DNA of 64,000 nt from Parcubacteria group bacterium M10-OD1-1 (GCA_003056145.1 LSNL01000006.1:6119-70118), one strand, 5' to 3'. Positions 26,081 through 36,688 are shown, counted from the stretch's first letter. Made by a program: numbers and translations. The notes: generated by a model not told the origin, from the letters alone.

Positions 26081-27925
26081 TTAATTTAAATTATTAATTT
26101 TCTCTAATAATGACAGCTCTTCATCAGCTACTTCTTTAGTCAAATCTTCCAAAAATTCATCAATATTTTCCGAAGCTACACACACCACACTATCTGCTCC
26201 TCCATAATAAACAATTAGCATATCATCTTTAATAACTGCTCCACATACATAAACTACGCCTGATTTAGCTCCTTCATTCTCATATTTCTCGGACGGTTCT
26301 AAAACAGGATACAAAGAACGATGTAAAATTTTCTGAGGATTATCATAATCTAAAATCATTGCCCCTACCTTATATCTATTTGGATCTCGTTTATCCATAG
26401 CATGATACAAAATTAACCAACCATATTTAGTTTTTAAAGGTGGAGCCCCTGCCCCTCTAACAACATTGTCCCAGCGATGTTCATCATTGCCTGGACTTTT
26501 TTTACTTTCAATTACAATATCCTGACTATCTAAATCATCTGTGTACTCTATAGCTATTTTTGGCGTAATACTATGCAAAATAGCAAACTTACCATTTATT
26601 TTTTCAGGAAAAATCATCCAATTTTTCTGGATTTCTCCTGGCTTAGAAATTAAAACTGGATGCTTCCATTTCCAAACTTTATTTAAAAAATCTTTAACAC
26701 TAATAGAAGTTAAGGCTACTCCTGGTGGCTCATTACCATTAAAAGAAACATAGGTCATATAAACACGACTTCCAATTTGAGTAATCCGTGGATCTTCACA
26801 ACCAGCCCAACTACCACCCGAAGCGTAAGAGGAAACTACAGTTTTTTTACCTTCAACCTTCCTCAAAGGTTTAGGTGGAGAAAAAATAGGTTGTTTTAAC
26901 CGCTCATCTATTGTAAAACCAGTCCGAGAAGAAGCATAACCAAAAACCGAAATTCCATTTTCCCCAATCGCCCGATATAATAAATGGATTTTATTTTCTA
27001 AGTACAGGGCTGCCGGATTAAAAGTAGCTTCTCTTTCCCATCGATTATTTTTTTTTGGTTTAATTATCGGATTATCAAAATGTTTTTTTAATGGCTTAGC
27101 ATTTTTAGGATAAGCCAATCCACTAGAAACAATGTTGATATTTTTAGAAAAAATTTCGTTCTTAGCAGACACCCAATAAACCAAAAGCGACTCACCAATA
27201 ATAGCAGAACCTAAAAATCTAGTTGGAAATTTTTCTCTATCTACTGTTTCTTCCCAAATTGGAACTTCTGATCTCCAAATAAGATCATACGGCTTATTAA
27301 AAGAAAATAAAGCTACTCCAATTTTAACGGTCGTATTTTTTTCTTTAGTATTTTTACTTTGGTATAGAACCAATATTCCTCTTTCTACCGTTAAAGTACT
27401 AACTACTTCTAAATTGCCTTCATCAAAATGGTTAGCTCTTGGAGATAATAAAGCACCTGATTTATGCCATTGAATTAAATTATTAGAAGCTGTAACATAA
27501 ATTGACTGATGTCCATAATAGGCTAAAAAGTTTTGTTTATACTTATAGTTAGAAACAACTGCAATTGTTTTTGATAATTGAACATTTTTTTCTACTACTT
27601 TAAAATGGAGTAAATCCTTAGATTTAGCAATTCTTATTTGCTCTTGCCTACGAATTATTTGTGAATACATTAAATAATACTCGTTACCATAATAAAAAAA
27701 AGAGAAAGTATTACAATTTAGTAACCGCTCTTTTTTTCCATTCTTAGAAGTTATATCTAATTCATATTTTTTAGAAAAATTAATTCCGTCCTTGCTCTGA
27801 GATAAAAAAATACTCATTCCAAAAATAGTTTTAATACCATAAAGGAGAACTATTCGTTGTTTATAATTAGCAATAGTTAAAGGATACAATTCATGAAAAT
27901 TTTGTTTGTTTTTTGATTTAAACAT
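26081..27925 (-). CDS. GH130-family protein; C-terminal canonical module with a divergent N-terminal beta-propeller-like module
   Basis: C-terminal half ATFNPAALYLENKIHLLYRAIGENG...CEDPRITQIGSRVYMTYVSFNG...GWLILYHAMD...VYYGGADS. Paralogous to the upstream gene. Confidence 0.65.
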   Translation of the reverse strand: MFKSKNKQNFHELYPLTIANYKQRIVLLYGIKTIFGMSIFLSQSKDGINFSKKYELDITSKNGKKERLLNCNTFSFFYYGNEYYLMYSQIIRRQEQIRIAKSKDLLHFKVVEKNVQLSKTIAVVSNYKYKQNFLAYYGHQSIYVTASNNLIQWHKSGALLSPRANHFDEGNLEVVSTLTVERGILVLYQSKNTKEKNTTVKIGVALFSFNKPYDLIWRSEVPIWEETVDREKFPTRFLGSAIIGESLLVYWVSAKNEIFSKNINIVSSGLAYPKNAKPLKKHFDNPIIKPKKNNRWEREATFNPAALYLENKIHLLYRAIGENGISVFGYASSRTGFTIDERLKQPIFSPPKPLRKVEGKKTVVSSYASGGSWAGCEDPRITQIGSRVYMTYVSFNGNEPPGVALTSISVKDFLNKVWKWKHPVLISKPGEIQKNWMIFPEKINGKFAILHSITPKIAIEYTDDLDSQDIVIESKKSPGNDEHRWDNVVRGAGAPPLKTKYGWLILYHAMDKRDPNRYKVGAMILDYDNPQKILHRSLYPVLEPSEKYENEGAKSGVVYVCGAVIKDDMLIVYYGGADSVVCVASENIDEFLEDLTKEVADEELSLLEKINNLN

Positions 27926-27945
27926 ATTTTTTTATTTTTATATTA

Positions 27946-28290
27946 CTAGGAAACCCGCCCATAAGCGTCTTCTATTCTAACAATATCGTTTTCATCAAAA
28001 TCACCAAAAGAAATTTCCAAAATCTGAGAATTATCTTCAGGTGCTTCTATTCGGTGAATTGTTTTTGGAGAAATAAAAAACTCTTCTCCTTCTTGGGCAA
28101 TTTTAACTTTTTCTCCTACCGTAATTCTAGGATGACCAGAAAGAATTACCCAAAATTCACTTCGCTTATGATGATACTGTAAACTTAATTGATGTCCTGC
28201 CTCAACACTAATTATTTTGACCGTAGAAATTTCATTGTGAGTAAATTGGCGAAAGGAGCCCCATGGACGATTATCATTTATAATTTTCAC
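27946..28290 (-). CDS. cupin-domain protein resembling the type II phosphomannose isomerase C-terminal domain
   Basis: Cupin motifs G(X)5HxH(X)3,4E(X)6G-like (EAGHQLSLQYHHKRSEFW) and PKTIHRIE. Confidence 0.6.
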   Translation of the reverse strand: MKIINDNRPWGSFRQFTHNEISTVKIISVEAGHQLSLQYHHKRSEFWVILSGHPRITVGEKVKIAQEGEEFFISPKTIHRIEAPEDNSQILEISFGDFDENDIVRIEDAYGRVS

Positions 28291-28486
28291 TTTTTTATTT
28301 AACTAAGAATTCTATTCTCATTATACCCCTCTTAAAAATAATTGACAAATATTACTTTCTGTTGTTAACCATATTTAATAATTGTTTAATTTTATTTCCT
28401 GGAGAAAAATTTTTTTTTGTGCTAAAATTTAAAGGTTATCTTCTCTAAGGGAAAATAACTTTTTCTAATTAAACTTCACTAATTAA

Positions 28487-29698
28487 ATGAGATTTCATCC
28501 TAAACTTAATTATATTAATGGCAATGTTTCACTTGGTTTTTCTTCTCTTTTTGCTAGTCAAACTATAATGAGAGTAGCAGCTGGATTTTTCGGATTATTT
28601 CTCCCTATCTTTTTATATAAATTATTTAACAATAATTTCGTTTATGTCGCTTACTACTATTTAGCTGGCTATTTTTTTTATGCTCTTTTTGTAGCTTGGG
28701 GAGCTAGTTTTTTAAATAGTTTTGGTTTTCGAAAAGCTTTACAGACTAGTGCTTTTTTTGGAGCACTAATTTATGTAACTCTCTATTTTACTAACGAGAA
28801 AAATTATGTTTATTTACTTTCTCTTAATGTCCTAATAGTAATTCTTTTTAGAATTTCTCATTGGATACCTTACAATGTAGACTTCGCTAAATTTACTGAT
28901 CGCCGAAATAGAGGAAAAGAAGTTAGCCTTTTAGCAGCCACTATTAATATTTCTGGCATTCTTACTCCTTTTATAGCTGGTTTCATTATCGCTAAATTTG
29001 GTTTTGGGACTCTATTTATTTTTGGAGTTTTACTTTATCTAACTTCTTATATCCCCTTAATTACCCTACCGAGAACTCACGAAAAATTTAGCTGGACTTA
29101 CCTAGAAACTTTCCAACAACTTTTTTCCAAAAAGAGAAGAGGAATTATGCTAGCCTTTGCAGCTGACGGAGCTGAAAATGTTGTTGGTTTTATTGTTTGG
29201 CCAATTTTTATCTTTAATCTTCTAAAAGGAAATTATCTTCAAATCGGAACTATTTCTACTGCTATTATTGCCGTCACCGTTGTAATGCAGTTAATAGTTG
29301 GTAAGTATGCTGACAAAAAGAACAATAAAGAAAGAATTCTTAAAATTGGTACTTATCTATATTCTCTTGGTTGGATTATAAAAATATTCATCTTAACTGC
29401 TTTTCAGATTTTTCTGGCCGATGCTTATCATAAATTAATGCGTATTTTTACTAGAACTTCTTTTGATGCCCTGACTTTTGAAATCGCTGCTGACGAAGGA
29501 CATTTTGTAGATGAGTTCTCTGTCTTACATGAAATATCTATTAGTTTAGGAAGAACCCTGATGCTAATAATAATCATCATCGCTTCCACCTTTTTATCCC
29601 TTAACTGGACTTTTGTTTTAGCCGCTATTGCTTCTTTATTACTTAATTCAATTAGAGAGAAAGTAAATATTCCTTCTCGGCTAGTTCCAAAATTATAG
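28487..29698 (+). CDS. MFS-family transporter (probable sugar importer)
   Basis: 12 predicted TM helices. Divergently transcribed from the GH130/cupin genes. Confidence 0.6.
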   Translation: MRFHPKLNYINGNVSLGFSSLFASQTIMRVAAGFFGLFLPIFLYKLFNNNFVYVAYYYLAGYFFYALFVAWGASFLNSFGFRKALQTSAFFGALIYVTLYFTNEKNYVYLLSLNVLIVILFRISHWIPYNVDFAKFTDRRNRGKEVSLLAATINISGILTPFIAGFIIAKFGFGTLFIFGVLLYLTSYIPLITLPRTHEKFSWTYLETFQQLFSKKRRGIMLAFAADGAENVVGFIVWPIFIFNLLKGNYLQIGTISTAIIAVTVVMQLIVGKYADKKNNKERILKIGTYLYSLGWIIKIFILTAFQIFLADAYHKLMRIFTRTSFDALTFEIAADEGHFVDEFSVLHEISISLGRTLMLIIIIIASTFLSLNWTFVLAAIASLLLNSIREKVNIPSRLVPKL

Positions 29699-29791
29699 AT
29701 TAGCTAATTAATTCTTTGAAAAAAAATTTTAGCTAAAAAAATCCCATTTACTAAATGGGATTTTTTATCTTTTTTGTTAATCTTCTACTGA

Positions 29792-30229
29792 CTATTTTAA
29801 GTTAACAGTAGCTCCAGCTTCTTCTAATTTCTTTTTAATTTCCTCAGCTTCTTCTTTAGCTACTTTTTCTTTAATAACTTTTGGAGCTGCATCTACTAAA
29901 TCTTTAGCGTCTTTAAGCCCTAAACCAGTTACTTCCCTAACTACTTTAATAACACTGATTTTTGAAGCTCCAAAGCTAGCTACTTCAATATCAAATTCAC
30001 TTTTTTCTTCTGCTCCACCAGCTTCTCCAGCCTCAGCTGATACTCCACCAGCCACTACCATTGGAGCTGCTGCGCTAACTCCAAATTTCTCTTCCAAAAT
30101 TTTAACTAGTTCTGATAATTCCAAAACACTCATTTTTTCTATTTCCGTTACCAATTTTTGAAATTTTTCAGGAACTACTACTTCTTTTTTTTCCTCTGCT
30201 TCTTTAGCAGTCTTTTTTTCTTCAGTCAT
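29792..30229 (-). CDS. rplL: 50S ribosomal protein L7/L12
   Basis: N-terminal dimerisation helix, Ala/Gly-rich hinge, C-terminal ...[12 protein letters not shown]. Confidence 0.9.
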   Translation of the reverse strand: MTEEKKTAKEAEEKKEVVVPEKFQKLVTEIEKMSVLELSELVKILEEKFGVSAAAPMVVAGGVSAEAGEAGGAEEKSEFDIEVASFGASKISVIKVVREVTGLGLKDAKDLVDAAPKVIKEKVAKEEAEEIKKKLEEAGATVNLK

Positions 30230-30281
30230 ATTTTTACTTTAATAATTTATTAATTAATATATTAAACTTATATTTAACTTT

Positions 30282-30797
30282 TTATTTAGCTTCTGAAATG
30301 GCTTTTAATACTTGAACAAAACCTCTTAGATTTCCTGCCATTACATTAACTAATCCAGAAATAGGAGCATTTAAAGTTCCTACTAATTTAGCCAGCAACT
30401 CTTCTTTAGATGGAAGTTTAGCTAAAGCCTTTACTTCTTCAGTTAATAAAATTTTCTTTCCCAGCAAGCCTCCGACAATTTTTAAGTTATCATTGGTTTT
30501 TTCCATTTTAGCAATAATCTTAGCGGCTTCCACTTCATCATTAGCCGAAATAGCCACTGCAATCTGTCCTTCCAATTTTCTAGCATCAATTTCAATTTCC
30601 GCATCTTTAAGTGCGATATTCAATAAGGTTTTTTTGAGAACTTTCATCTCTATCCCTTTTTCTCGCAGTTCGCTTCTCAATTCAGTCATATCTTTTACCG
30701 TCAATCCTTTAAAATCTGAAAAAACTACCGCTTTTGAAGCTTTAATTTTTTCTGCTAAATCCTTAATGATTGCTACTTTTTGTTCTTTAGTTTGCAT
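30282..30797 (-). CDS. rplJ: 50S ribosomal protein L10
   Basis: Immediately upstream of rplL; L10 N-terminal pattern KEQKVAIIKDLAEKIKASKAVVF.DFKGLTV. Confidence 0.85.
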   Translation of the reverse strand: MQTKEQKVAIIKDLAEKIKASKAVVFSDFKGLTVKDMTELRSELREKGIEMKVLKKTLLNIALKDAEIEIDARKLEGQIAVAISANDEVEAAKIIAKMEKTNDNLKIVGGLLGKKILLTEEVKALAKLPSKEELLAKLVGTLNAPISGLVNVMAGNLRGFVQVLKAISEAK

Positions 30798-30840
30798 ATA
30801 ATTTTAGTAAAACTTATTTTATAAATATTGTCTTCAAAAT

Positions 30841-30863
30841 AAAAAAACTGCTTCCCGCAGTTT
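30841..30863 (-). terminator. rho-independent terminator of rpsP
   Basis: Minus-strand AAACTGCGGGAAGCAGTTT followed by TTTTTTA. Confidence 0.65.
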
Positions 30864-30980
30864 CATCAAAAAGAAAACTTTAAAGTTTTCAATTCCTACA
30901 CAGGAATTATAAACCTATGATCTGCGGAATTTACGAAGTTCAATTTCGTAAAGTCTTATTCTAATTTAGTATCTTCTACC

Positions 30981-31454
30981 TTAATCTCTTTTACTATCTT
31001 TTACTTCTTTATTTTCTATTTTTTTCTCTTTAGGCGCTACTACTACTTCAGATTTATCAGCTACTTCTGGTTTTTTGATTTCTTCCTTTAATTCTTCTTT
31101 AATATTTTCATTGACCTCCTCTTTGACGTCTCCTGAATTAGTCTGATCGGTTGATGTTTTTTGTTCTTCATCTTTTTTATCAACTTTTTTAGCTGGCAAT
31201 TTAACAGCTCTCTTCTCAACTGAAATTACTCCCTGAGAAACTAACAAATTATGCACAGTGTCTGATACTCCAGCTCCTTGAGCAATCCAAAATTTAATTC
31301 TTTCTTCTTTTAATAAGGCTTGTTTAGAATGAGGATCGTAAGAACCTAAAATCTCTACATGACGTCCTCCTGGTGCCATGGATTTTTCTTGAAGCATTAT
31401 CTTATATTGTGCCTTATTTTTCTTTCCAACTCTAGCAAATCTAATAGTAAGCAT
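30981..31454 (-). CDS. rpsP: 30S ribosomal protein S16 with an extended Lys/Glu-rich C-terminal tail
   Basis: MLTIRFARVGKKNKAQYKI...GRHVEILGSYDP S16 core; 157 aa versus ~80 typical. Confidence 0.85.
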   Translation of the reverse strand: MLTIRFARVGKKNKAQYKIMLQEKSMAPGGRHVEILGSYDPHSKQALLKEERIKFWIAQGAGVSDTVHNLLVSQGVISVEKRAVKLPAKKVDKKDEEQKTSTDQTNSGDVKEEVNENIKEELKEEIKKPEVADKSEVVVAPKEKKIENKEVKDSKRD

Positions 31455-31659
31455 TCTTTTTAAAAAATTAAAACATAATTAGACTAAATTATGTTTACTG
31501 TAAATTACTAAGTAAGTTTATATTAAATAATAAAATCTGTCAACCACTCATATAAATTTACTGTCTTTCTTAATATAAGGTACTTGAAAATTTCCTTCTC
31601 TAATCTAAACTATCCCTAAATATTTTTTGATAAATCATTAAAATAAACTGACTATTTTA

Positions 31660-33996
31660 TCACTTTAAGATTCTTCCTTCTTTTCCAATTTGATTTAATT
31701 TAACAGAAAGAATTTTTGATACTCCGTCTTCTCCCATTGTAACGCCATAAAGCATAGAAGCCTGACGCATAGTTTCTCGATTATGCGTAATAGTAACAAA
31801 TTGAGTGGTTCCTGATAATTCCTGCAAAATTCTTCCAAATCGTTTAGAATTAGCTTCATCTAGAGCAGCTTCTACTTCATCTAAGATTGTAAAAGGAGGC
31901 GGATTGTGAGAAATAATCGCAAAAAGAAGAGCTAAGGAAGTGAGTGACCTTTCTCCTCCAGAAAGAATAGATAAGCTAGAAATTTTCTTGCCAGGAGGTG
32001 AAGCTGAAATATCAATTCCAATTTCTTCTTTACTTTCTTCATTTTCAATTTTATCGTTGTCATCTCTTTGGATATCTTCTTCAATCTCCTGATTTTTATT
32101 CCTAGATTGAGGTTTTTTTATTTTTGTTTTAATAAGTTGAGATTGCCCTCCACCAAAAATAATCTTAAAATACTTAGAAAACTCTTTATTTATCTCTTCA
32201 AAAGTAATTAAGAATTTCTTTTGGATTTTACTATCCATTTCTCCAATAATCTCTTTCAGAGAATTCATCGCTTTTTCTAGATCTTGTGATTCGGTAGTTA
32301 AAAATTCAAATCTTTCATTAACTTCGTTATATTCATCAATAACCATCGGATCAATCCCTCCAATTTGCTCCATTTTACTTTTTAATTTAACAATTTCGCT
32401 TTCCAACCTAAATCTATCTAGCGCTTCTTCATTTGGATTTAATTCTTCAGCTTCTTTTTTAATTTCATTCCTAACTTGATTTCTTAAATCTTCTTCTCTG
32501 ACTTCCTTCCTTGCCAAAGCAATTTTGGCTTCATTAAAATTATCCCTTAATTTATTTAATTCTTCTTGTCTTTGTCGAAGGGTTCTTTCAAGTTCAAAAA
32601 ACTTTTGTCTTTTTTGACGATTAAGTTGATACTCTTTTTGAATTTTTTGCTCAGTAATATTAACTTTTTCTCTTGCTTTTTGACTTCTTTCTTTTAATTG
32701 AATTACTTTTTCCTGTAATTTAATTAGCTCTTGAGAGTTAACTGATGGAATATTGGTTTGAGAAATTTTTTCTTGAGCTTTTTCTTTAGGCAATTCTTCT
32801 ACCTTTCCTTTTTCAATATCATTTTTAAGCGCGTATAATTGTTGTTGGATTACTCGAGCAAACTCTTTTATCTCTTGCAAATCTTCTATTTTTTCTGTTC
32901 TTTCAATTCGTCTAATTAATTTTTCTTGATCTTTCCTGATTTTATCAATATTAACTCGCACATAATTAATATCAACCGCAATACTTTTTATTTTTATCTC
33001 TTCAATAATTTTAATATTTTTCTGCTTTTCTCTTTCAATTTCAATTCTTCCTTCAGTAATAATCGTCTCTCTTTCTAACTGATTGAATTCTTCTCTATTT
33101 TTCTTTTGTTCTCTCTCTAGCTCTTCTTGTTCTTTATTTATTTTTTCTTCTTTCGCTTCTGAAGCTATTTCATCAGTTAACTTATCCACTTCTCTCTGAG
33201 CATTCATCAGCAAAAGTCCACTTTGTTTTTTATTGTCATCAAGTTTTTCTTGTTCTGCTTGAAAATTAAACCATAAGAGAGAGAATAATTTGGTTTGTTT
33301 TTCTACTAAATCAAAAGCTACTTTTTTACTTTGAGAAGCTTTTTTAGCTTGATGTTTTAACATTCGTAAATGCGGTTTAATTTCTTCCGTCAATTCTTTC
33401 ACTCGCAATAAATTTTGTTGTGTAGTTTCTAATTTTCTAATAGCTCGCTCCTTTTTAATTTGATATTGCTTAACACCCGCAGCATCTTCAATAATTCGAC
33501 GACGATCAGCTAAACTAGCATTTAAAATAGAATCGGCCATTCCCTGATTGATAATAGCATAGCTTTCTTTACCAACCCCCGCTTTAGCTAAAATATCTAC
33601 CACATCCTGAAGACGAACCCGAGACTGATTGATTAAATATTCACTTTCTCCTGATCGATATATTTTTCTAGTAACTGCCACCTCGTTAAAATCTAAAGGA
33701 ATTTTTTTGTCACTATTATCTAAATACAAAGTAACCCAAGCACTTCCCAGACGAGCTTTTTTTCCTGATCCCGCAAAAATAATATCTTCTGATTTTTTTC
33801 CTCGTAAATTTTTCATTGATTGCTCTCCCATCACCCACCTCAAAGCATCAGCCACATTGGATTTTCCACTTCCATTCGGACCTACAATAGCTGTAATGCC
33901 GTTAGCTTCATCTTTTTTTTCATCTGTCCAAAAATCAAGCGTGGTTTTTAACGCAAAAGACTTAAATCCAGCTATTTCTAATTTTTTTAATTTCAT
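31660..33996 (-). CDS. smc: SMC-family chromosome-condensation ATPase, short form without a recognisable hinge
   Basis: N-terminal FKSF...GPNGSGKSN...RWVMGEQS...FAGS; C-terminal LSGGERSLTSLALLFAI...ILDEVEAALD. No Gly-rich hinge or CxxC hook between the coiled-coil arms. Confidence 0.75.
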   Translation of the reverse strand: MKLKKLEIAGFKSFALKTTLDFWTDEKKDEANGITAIVGPNGSGKSNVADALRWVMGEQSMKNLRGKKSEDIIFAGSGKKARLGSAWVTLYLDNSDKKIPLDFNEVAVTRKIYRSGESEYLINQSRVRLQDVVDILAKAGVGKESYAIINQGMADSILNASLADRRRIIEDAAGVKQYQIKKERAIRKLETTQQNLLRVKELTEEIKPHLRMLKHQAKKASQSKKVAFDLVEKQTKLFSLLWFNFQAEQEKLDDNKKQSGLLLMNAQREVDKLTDEIASEAKEEKINKEQEELEREQKKNREEFNQLERETIITEGRIEIEREKQKNIKIIEEIKIKSIAVDINYVRVNIDKIRKDQEKLIRRIERTEKIEDLQEIKEFARVIQQQLYALKNDIEKGKVEELPKEKAQEKISQTNIPSVNSQELIKLQEKVIQLKERSQKAREKVNITEQKIQKEYQLNRQKRQKFFELERTLRQRQEELNKLRDNFNEAKIALARKEVREEDLRNQVRNEIKKEAEELNPNEEALDRFRLESEIVKLKSKMEQIGGIDPMVIDEYNEVNERFEFLTTESQDLEKAMNSLKEIIGEMDSKIQKKFLITFEEINKEFSKYFKIIFGGGQSQLIKTKIKKPQSRNKNQEIEEDIQRDDNDKIENEESKEEIGIDISASPPGKKISSLSILSGGERSLTSLALLFAIISHNPPPFTILDEVEAALDEANSKRFGRILQELSGTTQFVTITHNRETMRQASMLYGVTMGEDGVSKILSVKLNQIGKEGRILK

Positions 33997-34189
33997 AAAA
34001 TTTTATCTCTACAGCTCTCTCATTCTATAAGCCCTTAACTGTTTAAGCTCCATATTTTCTTCTGTTTTTTTGACTGTGCTAATTATTTACTTTTAGATAA
34101 TCTATCTTTTTTGTAGTAAAAATAAAAATACCCTGAAAAAACCAGTTTATTTTTTCTCTTGGCTTAATTATACTACATTTTTTCAAAAA

Positions 34190-34216
34190 ATAAAAACCCG
34201 TGTTAAACGGGAATTA
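34190..34216 (-). terminator. rho-independent terminator of rnc
   Basis: Minus-strand CCCGTTTAACACGGG followed by TTTTTATTTTTT. Confidence 0.6.
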
Positions 34217-34240
34217 TTATTCCATTTTTTCCAATTTACA

Positions 34241-34930
34241 TTACCATTCTTTATTTTTCAGACCTTTTTCAGCTGCTTTTCTTTGAGCTTCTTGCTTAGA
34301 GGGACCTTTTCCCGAAGCAATCATATCATCATGAAGAAAAACACCAACTACAAAATTTTTGTCGTGATCTGGTCCAGTTTCTTCTAATACTCTATAAGAC
34401 GGTGTAACCCCAGTTTTTTCTTGAGCTTTTTCTTGAAAACTACTTTTAGGATCAAGATAAGATTTACTTTCAATAATTTCTGGCAATTCTCCAACGATAT
34501 TATTCATTATAAATTTTTTAGCCTCCTGATAACCATTTTCTTCTTGATCTAAATAAATTGCACCTGTTATAGCTTCAAAAGCATTGGCTAAAAGATATTG
34601 TCTAGCTCTCCCTGTATCTTTGGTCTCTCCCTTGCTCATTAAAAGATATTTTTCTACTCCTAATTTTTTAGAAATTTTAGCTAACATTTCTCCGTTAACT
34701 AAAGCGGCTCGCCAATTAGTTAGTTCTCCTTCTGGATTAGGAAATTTTTTATATAAATATTCAGTAACAACAATTTCTAACACAGCATCTCCTAAAAATT
34801 CTAAACGCTCATTGTGATCTAATTTATAATCACGATGCTCGTTCAAATAAGACCGATGAGTAAGCGCCTGCCTTAATAATTCAATATTCCTAAATTTGAC
34901 CCCTATTTTTTGAGCTAATTCTTCAATCAT
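34241..34930 (-). CDS. rnc: ribonuclease III
   Basis: RNase III signature ERLEFLGDAVLE plus C-terminal dsRBD. Confidence 0.9.
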   Translation of the reverse strand: MIEELAQKIGVKFRNIELLRQALTHRSYLNEHRDYKLDHNERLEFLGDAVLEIVVTEYLYKKFPNPEGELTNWRAALVNGEMLAKISKKLGVEKYLLMSKGETKDTGRARQYLLANAFEAITGAIYLDQEENGYQEAKKFIMNNIVGELPEIIESKSYLDPKSSFQEKAQEKTGVTPSYRVLEETGPDHDKNFVVGVFLHDDMIASGKGPSKQEAQRKAAEKGLKNKEW

Positions 34931-34942
34931 ATTGTTATCTAT

Positions 34943-35446
34943 TTATGAATTATTTTTTTCTTTGATTTCTTTTTTTTGACCAGAAATTTTTGGTTGGCGT
35001 TTTTTAGATCTATCATCTTTCATTGGTTCTCCTAATTCTCGATAAATAGTCCCTAAAACTCCATTAACAAACCGCCCAGATGATTCTCCACCAAAAGATT
35101 TAGCCAATTCAATGGCTTCATTGATAGCTACTTTAGGAGGCACCTCACTATAGTCGCCATAAAGGAGTTCATAAATTCCTAAACGCAAAATATTTCTATC
35201 AACAATAGTCACTTGATCTAATGGCCATTCAGGTGCACATTTTTCAATTAATGGATCAATCTGACTAATATTCTTGACTACATTTTCTACTAACGCTAGA
35301 ACGAAAGAATCACTGTCCATTCCTGGACCGAATTCCTTAATGTTTTTTTCAATAATAGTTACTAGATTTTCCTTATTTTTTCCATTAAAATCCCATTCAT
35401 AAAGACATTGCATAGCAATAGAACGAGAAAGATGCCGATTTGCCAT
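34943..35446 (-). CDS. nusB: transcription antitermination factor NusB
   Basis: [20 protein letters not shown]... all-helical NusB fold pattern; Lys-rich C-terminal tail. Confidence 0.8.
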   Translation of the reverse strand: MANRHLSRSIAMQCLYEWDFNGKNKENLVTIIEKNIKEFGPGMDSDSFVLALVENVVKNISQIDPLIEKCAPEWPLDQVTIVDRNILRLGIYELLYGDYSEVPPKVAINEAIELAKSFGGESSGRFVNGVLGTIYRELGEPMKDDRSKKRQPKISGQKKEIKEKNNS

Positions 35447-35499
35447 TGAATTATATTACCTAGCAAATAAACAGTTTTTCAACTGTAATTTACTAAGAT

Positions 35500-35703
35500 T
35501 TATTTTTGAATCTTTTTATTAATTTTTTTAGTAGTATTAACTACCTCTTTATTCTTATAATATCCGCATTGAGGACAAACGATATGAGGAGCAATTTTAG
35601 CTTTACAATTCGGACAATCAATTAGTTTTTTAGCTTTAAGCTGATGATGAACTCTCGCCCTATCTCGTCTAGCTTTAGTATGGCTCTGTCTTGCTACTGG
35701 CAT
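35500..35703 (-). CDS. rpmF: 50S ribosomal protein L32 (Zn-ribbon form)
   Basis: N-terminal ...SHTKARRDRARVHH... and CPNC...CPQCGYY Zn ribbon. Confidence 0.8.
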   Translation of the reverse strand: MPVARQSHTKARRDRARVHHQLKAKKLIDCPNCKAKIAPHIVCPQCGYYKNKEVVNTTKKINKKIQK

Positions 35704-35830
35704 AAAATTTTCAATTAAATATTTACTAATATTTAATTTATCATTAAATTAGAGTTTTAGCAAGTTGTTAATCTCATCTTTTATTGTAAAATTTGAATAT
35801 CCAGTTTTATGAAGTTTTATTTTATTATAG

Positions 35831-36688
35831 CTAGTTAACTACAAGACATAATTGATTAGGATTTGGGCATTCATATTCTATTGTCCCATCTTGATCTGTT
35901 CGCCAAATTCTTACTCCGTACTCTTTAAGTCTCTTTAAAACCTCTCTAGTTGGATGCCCATAACGATTATTTTTTCCGACTGAAATTACCGCCTCTTGTG
36001 GACTTACTTTTTTCAAAAAGGCTTCGCTAGTGGCATATTTAGACCCATGATGAGCAACTTTCAAAACTTTTGCTGATAAATCTACCCCACTTTGAAAAAT
36101 AGTTGAGTCTTTTTCAGTTGGAAAATCTCCCGTCAAAAGAAAAGAATTTTTACCATAAGTTAATTTAGCTACAATGCTATCAGCATTAGTATCGTGAGAA
36201 TTATTTACCAAAACTTTTCCTGGATAAAGAATAGCTAATTTTGTTTGACCTATTTTTAAAGTTACTCCTCGTTGACCTCTTAAGTGATGAATTTTTTGTT
36301 TTTGCACTGTTCGTAAATATTGTTGGTAAACCGCCGAAGAACTTTTAGCTTCGTTATCAATTTCTACTCCAATTTTATAATGTTTCATTACGCCGATTAA
36401 ACCCGTGATGTGATCCTGATCAGGATGAGTCGCAATGATTACTTCAATTTTCCGATCCCAAAAAGGAATATATTTTCCTAATTCTTCTAATTCTTCTTGT
36501 GAGTTAGGACCGCCATCAATTAAAATTTGATTAGAGCCTTGCTCCATTAAAATTGCATCACCTTGCCCAATATCTAAAAAAAATATTTTTAATTTCTGAT
36601 TTCGTGAAGAAAAAATAATTCCAGCTAAAATAAAACTAACAACTAGCAAACTAAATAGTCCTAGATAAATTATCTTTTTCGCCGACAT
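35831..36688 (-). CDS. stand-alone ComEC-type metallo-beta-lactamase domain protein with its own N-terminal TM anchor
   Basis: DIGQGDAILME...IDGG, HPDQDHITGL, KVAHHGSKYA, NRYGHPT. Overlaps the upstream comEC membrane ORF by 38 nt in a different frame. Confidence 0.7.
   Translation of the reverse strand: MSAKKIIYLGLFSLLVVSFILAGIIFSSRNQKLKIFFLDIGQGDAILMEQGSNQILIDGGPNSQEELEELGKYIPFWDRKIEVIIATHPDQDHITGLIGVMKHYKIGVEIDNEAKSSSAVYQQYLRTVQKQKIHHLRGQRGVTLKIGQTKLAILYPGKVLVNNSHDTNADSIVAKLTYGKNSFLLTGDFPTEKDSTIFQSGVDLSAKVLKVAHHGSKYATSEAFLKKVSPQEAVISVGKNNRYGHPTREVLKRLKEYGVRIWRTDQDGTIEYECPNPNQLCLVVN

Noticed and set aside
30874-30980. Possible L10-leader / ncRNA between rpsP and rplJ
   Set aside because: The only convincing structure is the rpsP terminator hairpin; the remaining ~40 nt is too short and shows no conserved leader features.
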